Positions 38,975 through 52,190 of a stretch of 64,000 bases of DNA are shown here, piece after piece (the stretch's first letter is position 1; each line of letters begins with the position of its first letter). Source of the stretch: Octopus sinensis (taxonomy: Eukaryota); NCBI RefSeq assembly GCF_006345805.1, contig NC_043018.1, forward strand, positions 13,330,001 through 13,394,000, given 5' to 3'. Below the pieces are notes generated by a model. That model worked only from the letters and a program-made list of their open reading frames with translations. It had not been told where the DNA came from and ran no database searches. A program made the position numbers and the translations under genes.

Positions 38975-39319
38975 TATATCAATAATAATACAGGGTAAAT
39001 CAATTTATAAGTAATAACCTTGCCAAGTAGTTCGGTATGTGAATAGATTTGGCAGACGGAAACTGAATGAAGCTCGTCGTTTATATGTTTATATATATGT
39101 ATTTGTGTGCCTGTGTTTGTTCCCCACTATCATCACTTGACAACCGATGCTGGTGTGTTTACATCCCCGTAATTTAGCGGTTCGGCAAAAGAGAGCGATA
39201 GACTAAGTACTAGGCTTACAAAAATATAAATCCTGGGGCTGATTTGTTCGACTAAAGGTGGTGCTCCAGCATGGCTGCAGTCGAATGAGTTAAACCAGTA
39301 AAAGAGTAAAATAATGTAT

Positions 39320-39359
<40 letters not shown>

Positions 39360-39420
39360 TCTATGTATGTCTATATATATGTTGTATTTTTGTATTTGTA
39401 GTAAGAGGAAAATAATTTAC

Positions 39421-39520
39421 CTGCCTGCCTTTTCTACTAATCTCATTAGACATTCGACATATGTATTGATTTGGAGTTGACCGTCTGTTTTTGTATAAGC
39501 ATCATCAACAAATATGTGGC
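39421..39520 (-). CDS. CHS: Chitin synthase exon (HIFxDD motif), absent from ORF track
   Basis: aatacag|GC acceptor and AG|gtaaat donor. Translates GHIFVDDAYTKTDGQLQINTYVECLMRLVEKAG. The phase 1 to phase 2 span fits exactly. Confidence 0.92.
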
Positions 39521-40318
39521 CTGTATTAAATATATAAAGAAAATAAATGATCTAATATTTCAAAATGGCACCGTTTTATAATCTACATTCAATCTGAGAA
39601 AGATCGGTTCCACGATAATTGGGACAAAACTTATGACTCACCTTCTTAATACGACAAAATATATAATATACATTGAATACGGAGATTTTCGGGTCATGTT
39701 TACATTTTAGGGGGTTCCTGTTGGCCTTTTGGAGCCCTCATGATGGCGGCCCAGCTTAGAAGTCGATAGCCAATAGCAAAGGGAGATAATCCCCAATTGT
39801 TACCTTTAAGTAGTGAGGTATTTCCTCCACCATATTTTAAAGGTCTTGGGCCAACAGGTTCCGGGATCTGACGATACGCCATGATGCTCAACCATTTCTA
39901 AGACAGACATTAGTTTGTTTACATTCATCGTAATTTGAATTTCAGCTTTGCAGCGTTCTACTTGGTAGCTTTATAAGTTGTAAAATTGCAGATTAATTTG
40001 TCAGTGGGCAGTTTAGCTTAACTGGTAAAACACCCGATCGGTAATCAAAGGGATGTGGGTTCGAATCTAATGGACGGTTGCTGACAATTTCAAATCACAA
40101 TTCAATCACGGTTTGTTCATGTGCGCAACCGATATTTTGTCCAATCAACGGCTGTTGTTCACCTGATAGTTCTGTAGACCGTCAGGAACTTTCTTTGAGA
40201 AAATCCTATAAATACAGTCAATAAAGTCGTCATTTTCACAGAGTGTTAACATCCGAGCCGGTATGGCGTTCTCCATTCTCATGGTAGAGCTTCGAATTAC
40301 CTGTATATTTGCTTAATA

Positions 40319-40518
40319 CAGTGCTTTTCAAACTTTTTGCTGGAGCGGAACCCCAAGGAAACATTCCACTGGCTCGAGAACCCCTGTGCAATAATTTAAT
40401 AGTCTTATGCATACATATCTGCACAGGACAATTAAAAATTACTGCCGATTTTAGCAGTTTTGTAACTTCTTGCGGAACCCCTGGACTGTACTGGCGGCAC
40501 CCTGGTTGAAAACCACTG
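40319..40518. mobile_element. 200-bp hAT (Charlie/Buster-like) MITE
   Basis: Ends CAGTGCTTTTCAAAC and GTTGAAAACCACTG, with a perfect 8-bp TSD GCTTAATA at 40311-40318 and 40519-40526 (central TA). Confidence 0.9.
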
Positions 40519-41632
40519 GCTTAATATATCAAAAACCAGCGCAAGTGTTAAACTTCGGAAAGACATTTTCCATGCATGTTATATTATATTGTTTCCACCT
40601 TACCGTTTCCATCAATTGTAATGCATGAATATCTTTTCATACCAATGCAACATGATCAATTATGTTCAAATACTTATGCAGTGTTGTAAAATTACAGCAC
40701 GAATGTTTCTGTTAACTTCGTTTTATGTGGGGACAACACGCAGCCTAACAATATTTAAATTACTCATCAAACCGGCGTTATCCACTCATTCAGCCTAACT
40801 GAAAACGTTTTGACTCTCCACTACCAACCGTGTCGTGTATGTCACATATTGATTTTTACATCTTTAAATGTGTACAACATTTAAAAATTAACAAAATGTA
40901 AAGAAGAGACAAGTTGTTTCTATACATAGCCTTGTATGATCTCGAATTCAGCTTTTATTTCCCTCTGGCTTGTAAATCATTTCCAGTCCGATCAACCACC
41001 TAAAAAGTTGGTTTTGCTTTAATTGATTAGAGGTTATGCGAATTACGTTGGAATGACTGAGTCATTACAAATCAGACTTTGTGACATCATAGCTCAAACT
41101 CGAACTCAGGTATAACGCACTGAAACAAGTTTTAAAAAATCGAAACAGCTACGTCAATCACTTTCCTTATATTGAAAAAATGGAACAGCCTGCTCGTGAA
41201 ATTAACGTGTAAGTGGCTGAGTACTCCACAGACACGAGTACCCTTAACGTAGTTCTCGGGGATATTCAACGTGACACAGAGAGTGACAAGGCCGGCCCTT
41301 TGAAATACAAGGTACAACAGAAACAGGAAGTAAGAGTGAGAGAAAGTTGTGGTGAAAGAGAACAGCAGGGATCACCACCATCCCCTGCCGGAGCCTCGTG
41401 GAGCTTTTAGGTGTTTTCGCTCAATAAACACTCACAACGCCCGGTGTGGGAATCGAAACCGCGATTCTACGACCGCCTCCACTATTGAAAAGATACACGA
41501 TGAAATATGAAGCAGCGTTGCAATCAACTCATCGCTCATACAGAGACCAAGAACTGTATTTCTAGCAAAAGTGAAGACGGGGTGGGGGTGGGGTGGAGGG
41601 GGGCAGGGACAGAAAAGATAGAATAAAACAAC

Positions 41633-41712
41633 CTTCGAATTCATAGTAGTCGTTATCAACGATGCCGACTTTCTCTTGCATGAAACTTCGTGTGAATTGG
41701 TCTTTGTCCATT
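41633..41712 (-). CDS. CHS: Chitin synthase exon
   Basis: ttgcag|A acceptor and G|gttgtt donor. Translates MDKDQFTRSFMQEKVGIVDNDYYEFE. Confidence 0.9.
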
Positions 41713-41846
41713 CTGCAAGAAAAGTGAAGTGAAAAATTGGTTTTCATTTTGTTTTTAATTGTATAATTGTCAAACAAATATCGAATATTTATATTCGATA
41801 TTTTAAATATCAAAATAGGATATTCATTTGCTCTATGTATGTATGA

Positions 41847-41891
<45 letters not shown>

Positions 41892-41902
41892 AATGTGTAT
41901 GA

Positions 41903-41968
<66 letters not shown>

Positions 41969-42009
41969 ATGTATGTATGTATGTATGTATGTGTGTGTGT
42001 ATGTATGTA

Positions 42010-42041
<32 letters not shown>

Positions 42042-42138
42042 AATGTGTGTATGTATGAATGTGTGTGTGTGTGTGTGTTTTCCCTCCTTTTAATTTAGAG
42101 TTAATTTTGATTGGCACAATCACACACACACAATCTCA

Positions 42139-42193
<55 letters not shown>

Positions 42194-43750
42194 TCACACC
42201 TCAAACACATTCTTTGTTTCCATAATATTTCAGCTTTTGAAACGTCTAAAAAAATTTTTTTGACCAATCTCTTCCATTCCTCTCGGATCTTTCTGTTATT
42301 AATCCGAGCGTCACCTGTCCGGTATTGAATTAAATACTGGTCTAATTTCCATTTAAGTGTGCTCCCACCAAGACATGGGGGTCATGAGCTCTGAAGGCGC
42401 CTCCCTTTTTCACTCGACAAACTAACACCGAAGGCTTGTTTAGTGATAAGGCAGCCCTGGAATACATCGTCACAGGCGGCAAGGTTTCCATATTCATTTG
42501 CTTATGGCTCCCATGCTTTATTCATTTAGATATTAAAATAGAAAACGGATTTATTCTTAAATTATTTAATTCGAAACTTAATATAGAAATAGAAAATAAA
42601 ATCATTACAGTTCAGTCAAGCCAGCGAGGGTGCTACAACGTGGTCTCCCACGCCTGCTAAAAAGAACGACTCAATTTTTGCTCACACACACACTTTATCG
42701 TTTTAAAAATGGAAGGTCACATTGGAGAATGTATTTCTTGATATTCAATACTTGCCTTCCATCTCTAACGTCAAGGTACACCTGTACATGTTTAGGGTAC
42801 AGGAAATACCTGAGCGATGGTGTCTATACGGTCCACAACACCTTCCGAATTCATTTAAGTGTTCTTTTTCTTCTTTTTACGAGCTACAGTTATAACTAGG
42901 TCTCAAATAATGAGCCAAGGCAGGAACTGCTACAGGTTCATCCAGATTGCTAGACATAGTAACCAAATCTCTCTCGAATAACGTAAAACAACTAACTCGG
43001 GGAAAGGAAAAGACACATTCTGAAAAAATGTGGGCTGGTCATGGCTGGAACAACTTTGATTATAAGGTCTGGTCATTCAGGACTGACCCGGAGCTGACCC
43101 ACCACCACCACCACCACCACCACCACCGACTTCCTACGCAACCGCTGAGCCTGGATGCGCATTCATCCATCCGTCGATGCTCTCGGTGTCGGGGGTTCAC
43201 CTGCTTTCTCTTCTGCGGGTCTTACGAACAGCAAAGGACCACGTTTCGGGCTTCTCCCACTACAGAGGCGCGATCTTGCGAGCTCTGGGACGAAGACCAC
43301 TTCGCTCAACAGCAGCAACAACATAATTACTTTGCAATTTCCCCGTTGCATTCCTCGGGTCTCCTTGATGCAACTACGATTATTTCTTGATAGAATTACA
43401 GCACAATCATTCAATGCGCTACGGTTTCCGTGTGCTGATTGCGCAATTAAATACGCCCTGGTGTGCAGCGGTTGATTATACAGTAATTATATAACTGGGT
43501 CATTCCATGTGAATTCAACCAAAGTTTAAAATATTTTGCACCTGACCAACTCAGATTTACCTCCATAGCTTTTGGTAATACCTCTTTACACATAAGAAAC
43601 ACTTGCATAATTCTAAGGTGTAACTCATAAGGGTTTCAAAGATATGTCCGCCACAACACTCATTCCGTTTAACAAACCAATCTTCCGGCACTCATAAAAT
43701 TAATTAAATAATAATTACGATAACCGCTGCGGAAAAATGGAGAGGAATAC

Positions 43751-43893
43751 CTAAATATCGACTTCAATAATTGTAACATTTCGTTTTCCGTTTCATGCCA
43801 CATTGTTGCGCATGCGTAAATTTTTGGTGTGGATCCAAGTCTATACATACGAATACCGTCCGCATCATATTTCATGGCACTGATCTTGATTTC
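43751..43893 (-). CDS. CHS: Chitin synthase exon with CATMWHE motif
   Basis: ttttag|GAA acceptor and AG|gtattc donor. Translates EIKISAMKYDADGIRMYRLGSTPKIYACATMWHETENEMLQLLKSIF. Confidence 0.95.
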
Positions 43894-44742
43894 CTAAAAA
43901 GAAAAAAGAAAAGGGGGACAAAAAACAAACAATTAATGGTTTTGATAAAAAAAATTAAAACTCTATAATTAACACCCACCTCAGAAAAACAAATGAAAGA
44001 AAATGTTAGCAAGGAGGTGGCATCTTTAGGGTCTCTCGGGTGTGTAGAGAAGTGTCATTGTGTAGTGTGTGTTGGCCAGAGGAACTCTGTCTCCTGAGAT
44101 CTTATCTTGCCAAAGTCAAATTTAACTTCCATTTTTACAGGGATAATATCATACTGGTCATATACCGGGTGGGTGGGTGGATGGGTTTGCGATTATTCTG
44201 TTTGTTTATATTATTCTCTTTCTCTCTCTCTCTCTCTCTTCATACATAGAATCCACTACAAGAGGGATCGTGGTGTCAGGGTTAGCTCCCTTGCTCAACC
44301 ATTTCCAAGAAATGGAGAACGATTAAGTAAGGGAATAGTAACAACCTCTTCTCAAAGAAGAAAAAGCCTGATTTGCTCAGGGACCGTTCAGGGACGATTG
44401 CATGTACGATACATCGAGAAAGAGAAATAAAGAAGAAAATCAAATAAAGAAGGTTTGCAGCGTTTAGGGGTTCTTTTGAGGGGGTCAGAAACTGACGAAA
44501 GATAAAAGAAAGGAAAAGAAGGAAAGGAAGAATTTATTTTCACACCAGAAACACAGTAACGAATGTTTGACACAGAATGGATTCTTCTAAAGGTGTCTCA
44601 GAGCCAGGTAGCTGGGGTGTTTGACAGAGCGAGAGATTGAGCCTACCACTCAATATTGCTTCCAACCACGTTTCAGACCAGCTCCGTTCCGTGCCATTGC
44701 AATACTGCGCGTTCCATTTACGGATATGAAACAGACTCTTAC

Positions 44743-44839
44743 GTTTTGGTCCGCTTTCACTTCACCTTTGTCGTGTTTTCGGTTTAGAAGCAGATCTTGG
44801 TCCAGCAGGATTCCGCAGTAACTCAATTTGAAGAACAAT
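44743..44839 (-). CDS. CHS: Chitin synthase exon
   Basis: ctgcag|A acceptor and AAC|gtaaga donor. Translates LFFKLSYCGILLDQDLLLNRKHDKGEVKADQN, with phases consistent with neighbouring exons. Confidence 0.85.
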
Positions 44840-45313
44840 CTGCAGAATAAAAGTTAAATTTTTGTTTTAAAGTTCATATAGTAAAAAAGAAAAGAAAAAG
44901 AAATTCATTGAATTGTTGATATCGCCGTTTCTGTCATCATCATCATCATCATCACTTCCACTATCAACAGAATCCTGAGCATAACAATCAGTCCTCCCCC
45001 TCCCACCTCCGCCTCTCCCCTTCTCCCCTCCTCCCCATCAACCCTCTCCTCCTCCTATTCCTCCTCCGCTTCCCCCTCTTCCTCCCCTCCTCCGCTTACC
45101 CCTCTTCCTCCCCTCCTCCGCTTCCCCCTCCTCATCCCCTCCCCCGATCCCCATCCTCCTCCTCCTCCTCCGCCCCGCACCCCTCTCCCATCCCCATTTT
45201 CCTCCTCCCCATCATCGTCATCGTCCTCGTCGTCATCATCATCATCATCATCATCATAACAACAAAAAAACAAAACAGTGTCAACAACATCAACAACAAA
45301 AGCTCGTACTTAC

Positions 45314-46224
45314 TTCCTGTCTTTGGCAAGTCTCTCGATTTTCGGGTACCACACGTGCCTCGTGGTTATTACATAAGCGACGAACAACAGGATCAACAAG
45401 AAGCTGTTGCAGCCGAATTGTTGGAGAACGTCAGCAAAGTGATCGCAGTTTACTTGTTCAAAGTCCAGAAATGACGTTGGTCTGTATTGTACGTAGGAGA
45501 CCAAGAAGAAGGAAGCCGGGCCAACGATGATCAACGGGAAAGAAAAAGACAGGTTCTGCAGCATCAGTTTGCAAGCAACTTTCGAAAATTGAAAACATAA
45601 AAAGGACGATATAATGTTAATGCTTGCGAAAGTAAACGGTTCATTGAAATGGGGATCGGATCTCAGAGTCGTTTCTGATAATCCGCAATGTGAAATATTT
45701 TTGTTTGCGAAGATCATAACTTCTGTGCACTCTTTGTTAAGTGAAAAATAAAAAGCCGTCAATAAAAGGTTGAGTGCTATTTTCACTGGTGACATGAAAA
45801 CATTACTTCCGGCTTTGTTTTTTTTTATTTGGGATAAAATAGTTGTTAAGGATTTATTTTCTATGATATCGGCAAAAGACTCCCACCAGCGTATAGACAC
45901 GAGAACCAGCGGAATGGGAATCAAATAGTGCAAAGAGGGTTTGCATTTATATTGGAAATATGTGTAAGAGGCGATAAGAGTGACGGTAAGGAGAAAAACC
46001 AACACAGTCAGAAATATTCTGCCAAAAGATTTTTTTTTTGAATAGTCAGCAGTGTAAGATGAGGGTTCCTTGAACAGTAAAATAGAAGCAACGAAGTCAA
46101 TGAGACATGGAAAGAATGTGATGCCATATATTATAAGCACTGCCTGCACTGGTTCCACGTTTGGCAGCAAAACAAACACGAGCATCCATAAACCAACAGT
46201 GTGAAGACATTCTGTTACGCAAAT
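45314..46224 (-). CDS. CHS: Chitin synthase exon (N-terminal multi-TM domain)
   Basis: ttccag|ATT acceptor and AA|gtaagt donor, 911 nt. Translates ICVTECLHTVGLWMLVFVLLP...HVWYPKIERLAKDR. Confidence 0.92.
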
Positions 46225-46280
46225 CTGGAAAACAAAGAAGAAATTCGTGAGAAAACTGACAGAAATACACACACGCACGA

Positions 46281-46315
<35 letters not shown>

Positions 46316-47451
46316 GATAGACACACAGACAGACAGACACACACACACACACACAAGATCATACTTCTCTATTCCTCGTGTTACCTCTATTCCTCTTGTC
46401 TTCATCGTCTCAAGTCTCCTTTCTAACCAGTCTTTTCTTCGAACGATGCCAGGCCTCGGGAATATCCTTTCTGCATATTTTATTTCTTACAGCAGCCGCC
46501 AACATGCTGCTGTTCAAATAAAACACTAAAAACATCAATAAAGTCGATCAGGGCCCACGAGGGCCTGCGGAGACTTTGAGCACAGCCAGAGATCCTTCGA
46601 AGTAACTCCACTTCAGCCTCTTGTATTCGCGATCGTATCTTTCGGTCATTACCCGACATTCGTGTCTACTGGGTGAGATTAGGCATGAAAGCCAAAATGA
46701 AGGTAACAAGCGTAACCTATTGCCAACCTCTTCTCTTCTGAGGATTGAATGCTGCACCTGGGGCATTGCTGTTCCAGCATCTGCAATTCTAACATCCAAC
46801 CCAGCCTCCTACTTTCTACTACTCGCGAATACGACCCCAAGACAATTCTCCACTTACCTCAAAACTGTGGCAATGAAGAGTGGTAATCCCAATTTTTAAA
46901 AGGAGACAAGTGAGAATACTCTGATTATCAACGAACCTCCTTATTGAGCCTTCTGTGTAGTCTATATTAGGTGTCTAGAAGAGAGATATAGGGAAATAGT
47001 CGAGCTCGAGCTAGCTGAAGTGTGGCTTCCGTCTTGGGATGCTGCACAATCGACTAGATATTCGCAATAGTTCGGCTAAGTCTTGTTCTTGTTAAACCCA
47101 AGTCGGTCCTAATCAAATGGACCTACAATCAAAGGTGTTGAAACTCTGACCATATCATTTTTATTTTCAGGTGTAGTATATCTAGAGTTGGATACACTTG
47201 TTATTTCTAGCAGGCTGAGTAAACCACATAAGGGTTTTCTCATTGGCGTGTCAAATAATTACTTTACGTATCAGTACCATTGTGCAATTCACAAGTGTTT
47301 CGTTAAACTTACGGAGTAAATCTGAAATTCTGCCACCGAAAGAATTACGCAGACTTGCTAGAAATAACACCCTACTCTCTCTCTCTCAAATCACATGTTG
47401 TAATAAAAAAAGTAGGGACGCCTTGGACTATATTGTCTCAAAATCATTGTT

Positions 47452-47482
<31 letters not shown>

Positions 47483-47874
47483 AAGAAGAAGAAGAAGAAG
47501 GACAACAACAACAAAAACAACAACAATTAGGCAAATGATAAAGACATCGACTGGCAAATTCCACCAGGCCTTTTGTGACGTCAGGAACTTTTCAGCATTA
47601 TTTACATTATTTACATTTGACGGATATTTGTCCTCATCTTGTTTGTTGTTAACACAATGTTTTGGGTGCTATACCCACCAACCTCCATCAGATGTCTTGG
47701 GGAAATTTCGAACCTAGGTTCGACGACGAAGAAGGACAACAACAACAACAATTAGGCAAATGATAAAGACATCGACTGGCAAATTCCACCCTGAAAAAGA
47801 GCCAAGCGGCCTTAAAGAGAAACAGATAAAAACAATAACAGCGATGACGATAATGACAATGCTTTTATACTCAC

Positions 47875-48307
47875 CAGCACGAACCATTTTATTTTCAGCA
47901 TGAACAGACGTTTGAAAATTACTCTCCACATATTAACCATAAATTCATAGATGTAGGGGCAGCAGATTACCAGCAGCATGGCCCATATCCAAGAGACGTT
48001 TATTTCGCGACCATTGTTCGGGGAGGAAGTCGTTGTTGTACAATTTGAAATTGCTTTACAGAAATGCAGGAACGGGCTGCCGTTGTCACAGTGCTTTGGA
48101 TCTTCGTTGATTCGTAAGGACTGGGTTATTATTATTAAAGTGATTCTGTTGGTAACGGCCAGGGAGAAGATCAAGATCGTTAATACACAGGCACAGAGTA
48201 GTTTGAACAGGATTTTCAAGAGTGTCATCTGAATGACATTCCCATGGCGGAAATTACTGCGGGAGGTTTCTGTAAACACGTCCCACGGCAGCTTAGGGCG
48301 GTGATTA
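47875..48307 (-). CDS. CHS: Chitin synthase, first coding exon identifiable in window (starts in phase 2)
   Basis: tttatttcag|T acceptor and GTGCTG|gtgagt donor. Translates NHRPKLPWDVFTETSRS...LLKILFKLLCACVLTILIFSLAV...WIWAMLLVICCPYIYEF...KWFVL, the N-terminal transmembrane region of animal chitin synthases. Confidence 0.85.
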
Positions 48308-48569
48308 CTGAAATAAACGAACAATCCATTAACGAACAATCCATTAATTGTAATTAATTACTTGTTTCTCACATATAAACTAAACATTTGGATGGATTGA
48401 AAAAGAGATCAAATGACACGCAAAGATGCGCGCGCACACACACACATGCACACACACACACGCATACGCACGCACACACACACGCACATACACACACACA
48501 CACACATACACACACACGCACAAAGAGAAAAGAAGCATTGACCATAGCACTTTACTGGTATTACATTAT

Positions 48570-49413
48570 AGCGATTTTGGAGGGCTAAACTAAATGCAAA
48601 AGAAATAGACAAAGAAAAATCCCAGCAATGGTTGAGAAGCTCAGGACTCAAAGCAGAGACAGAGGGATTTTTAATTGCAGCACAAGACCAAATCCTCCCC
48701 ACCAGAAATTACCAAAAACATGTAATGAAAAGAAATATAACAAGTAACTGCAGAATATGTGGAGATGGACAAGAAACAATAAATCATATTATCTCTGGCT
48801 GCCCAGTCCCGGCTAAGAAGGAATATATTCACAAACACGACAGAGTTGGGACCTACATACACCGGAAGCTCTGCTAACATTATGGAATAACAACAGAAAA
48901 AGATGGTATAGACACACGCCAGAAAAGCTTACAGAAAACAAGAAAGCAACCATACTCTGGGATATGCCAATAAACACAGATAGGGAAATTAAGGCCAATA
49001 GGCCAGATATAGTTGTCAGAGATCATGAAGAAAAAAAATGCTTTCTAATTGATGTATCAATACCAGCAGATGACAATGTTTCTCCAAAAGAAATGGAGAA
49101 ACTTTCAAAATACAAAGACCTGGAAATGGAGGTAACCGGAATGTGGAATCTAAAAACAGAAACAATTCCTATCATAGTGGGCGCATTAGCTATAATAAAA
49201 AAATTCAGACAAATACATAACAAAAACACTAGGACTTACAAATATATATATCATACAGAAAATTGCACTACTGGGCAACTGCACACGTCCTACGCAAAAC
49301 ACTTTCAATACAGTGAAAATAAGAGCATCACAGCAAACCACAGCACATACCCAAGGCACACAGAGCTGCGCTCGGTAGTGAAGTGAAAGCACGCTATAAA
49401 AATAAAACTACTG
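48570..49413 (+). mobile_element. 5'-truncated RLE-type LINE (R4/Dong-like), CCHC + PD-(D/E)xK endonuclease end
   Basis: AAQDQILPTRNY...CRICGDGQETINHIISGCP, then NRPDIVVRD...CFLIDVSIP...EKLSKYKDL...IPIIVGAL, with an (AAT)n tail. Confidence 0.85.
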
Positions 49414-49454
49414 AATAATAATAGTAACAACAACAACAACAACAATAATAATAA

Positions 49455-51260
49455 AAATAATGGCCTGGATAGACTTCAAAAGGCTTACGACATGTTGCCG
49501 CATTCGTGGATTTTGGAAACACTCGACAGAAGTGGAATAGCTGAGAAGGTATGTGCACTGATTAAGAACTGGATGCCTAGTTGGAAAAGGTGTCTTTCCT
49601 GTAAGAACCAGCACTTAGCCGAGGTATCTTCCAAGGAGACCCTTGTTCACGCCTGTTATTTGTTATAGCCTTGATCCCACTATTTGTAGTCCTACGTAAA
49701 ATCAACGTGTAGCACTATGAACTGAGAAAGAACGGACCTCGTCTCAACCACCTTCTCTCTTCACGGATGATTTAAAACTGTTGGCAAAAACAGAGCCTAA
49801 AATGGAGAGGCTGTTTGAGACTGTGCAAATGTGCAGCAAGGATATAGCGATGGAATTCGGTATCTAGAAGTGTGCGGTGCTGACTTTGAAGCGGAGGGGA
49901 AAAGAGTAAATTGTAGGGGAGAGAACGGAAGACCCGGATGATGATGGGTAGAAGTACCTTGGGATCCTGGAGCTGGTCAATATCTTGCACAGAGAAATGA
50001 AAGACAAGGTCACCACTACATATTTCAAGTGCTTCAAACTTCTCTTGAAATCGAAGCTCGACTCAAGGAACCTTGTGACTACCATGAAAATATGGGCTGT
50101 TGCTGTAGTCCACAATAGTGCACCCATCTTGAGATAGATACAAGCAGATATTGACCAACTGCATCGCATTACCCGAAAGACAATGACAATGTACACAGAC
50201 TGTATATGAAGAGAGGTAAAGGTGGACGTAGGCTGATTAGCGTATGGGAGTGCATCAATAGTGAAAGAAGAAAATTGGCAGAATATTTGGTAAAACAGCA
50301 AAGAAGACCTACAACACAGTATGCTGCTAGTGCAAAAGGAGTTGAGAAAAATGGACTTGAGAGTGCCCATGAATTCCGAACAAGGACAGCCAACAAGAAC
50401 AGCCGATTCCGTATGGAATTACATGGTCAGTTCCACCGTGAAACCAACAAATTAAGAGACCAGGAAACATCATGGAGATGGCTCAACAAGGGTGACCGAA
50501 ACTCGAATACTGAAAGCCTAATCATCGCAGCCCAGGAGCAGGCATTGAATACCAATTCAGTGAAAAAGAATATATACCACGCAAGTGCATCGGACCTCAG
50601 CAGGACGTGTGGGAAGAGGGTCAAAAGTGTGACTCATATTGCGCAGAAAGAGTAGAAGCGCAGACGCGGCAAAGTAGCCCAAAACCTCCACTGGATACTG
50701 TGTCGTAAGTATGAATCTGAGGTTACGGGTGCTTGGCACTAACATACACCGGAAAAGGTAATGGACGAAAAGGGAAGGCAAAAATCCCCTGGGACTTCGA
50801 TTTCCACACAGACAAAGTGTTAGAGCACAGAAAGCCGGTTATAGTAAACCTTTAGGAGGGACAAACAAGAGTGCCAAATAATTGATGTGGTGGTGCCAGG
50901 AGATCAACACATTATCATAAAAGAAAGAGAAAAAGTTGATAAATATGGAGGCCTGACAATTGAGATCGCTAAGATGTGGCAGCTACGAGAGTCGAACATA
51001 AAATTTATCCCTATTGTTATCGGAGCATTGGGTTCAATACCACCCAATCTGAAAAAAAAACAAAAAAAAAACATGTGAAGACTTTAGAAATACCCTACAA
51101 TCTAGATGTATTGCAAAAGTCGGCATTACTTGGAACTGTACGCATATTGCGTAAAGTACTGTCTGTCTGAGGTCCTTGTTGTGACTTGACAAACAGTACA
51201 AACCCCCTGTGGACAATGTCTTCAATCAACAACCCCGCGATATTGTATACTGTGCGACAT
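49455..51260 (+). mobile_element. Second, different RLE-type LINE with RT and endonuclease remnants
   Basis: WIDFK..YD..PHSWILE RT segment at 49461, IAAQEQALNTN (ORF 50206) and IDVVVPGD...EKVDKYGGL...IPIVIGALG (ORF 50887), with an (ATA/GAT/AAC)n tail. Confidence 0.82.
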
Positions 51261-51877
51261 CTATAATAATAATAATGATGATGATGACGATGATAACAAC
51301 AACAACAACAACAATAATAATAATAATAATGATGATAATAATAATAATAATTTCAAATTTTCTCACGAAGCCAGCTACTTCGGGAAGGGGACAAGTTGAT
51401 GTCATCAACCCCGCTGATCAAGTCGTGCTTATTTCCTCGACAACGAAAGGATGAAAGACAAAGTCACCCTCGGAGGCATTTGAACTCAGAACGTTAAGAA
51501 CCGGAAGAAATTGGACTTGGGATTGGATTTGAACTCAGAACTTGAAAGACCCTAAATCCAAGACCACCAATATTCAGTACTTTTGATTGGCACTGAATTT
51601 GCTACCAGCCTGCTGTTATGTTCTGGTTTGTTTTTTTGGAATAAATAAAGGTTACCTACTGATCTGAATGTTGGGGTTCTCGCAGGGTAAAGTTACCCTG
51701 ATGTTCATTTTCGAACGCATGGTTATCGTAAGAAACTTTTCCCAGTTTGGCAGCCATGTTTGCTCTAGTGATTGTTGTCATTTGTTCATCTCCGTTCGTA
51801 ATCCCTGCTCAGCCCACACCGCTTGGTCACTGAAAGGTAACAAAAAAACAGAAACATTGAAATAAGAATACACTAAA

Positions 51878-52190
51878 CAGTTCTTCCTCTCTCTCTCTCT
51901 CTCTCTCTTTTCTTCCTCTCTCTCTCTCTCTCTCGCTCTTCTTCCTCTCTCTCTCTCTCTCTCGCTTTTCTTCCTCTCTCTCTCTCTGTTTTCTTCCTCT
52001 CTCTCTCTCTCTTTTCTTCCCCTCTCTCTCTCTTTTCTTTCTCTCTCTCTCTCTCTCTTTTCTTCCTCTCTCTCTCTTTTCTTCCTCTCTCTCTCTCTCT
52101 CTCTCTCTTTCTTTTCTTCCTCTCTCTCTCTTTTCTTCCTCTCTCTCTCTTTTCTTCCTCTCTCTCTCCTCTCTCTCTCTTTCTTTCTCC
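51878..52190. repeat. Compound (CT)n / TTTTCTTCC pyrimidine tract
   Basis: Seen directly. Produces the spurious RE-rich ORFs. Confidence 0.9.

Noticed and set aside
39700-39891. Minus-strand ORF with PEPVGPRPLKYGG, superficially like the CHS TPYGG motif
   Set aside because: The true TPYGD exon is at 36489-36639, and the exon chain is already phase-complete without this ORF.
40006-40075. tRNA-like sequence with A and B boxes
   Set aside because: The acceptor and anticodon stems do not pair properly. More likely a decayed SINE head or pseudogene than a functional tRNA.
41579-41609. G-run cluster able to form a G-quadruplex near a CHS donor
   Set aside because: It is low-complexity and lies on the template strand, so it is absent from the pre-mRNA. 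Nothing supports a function.
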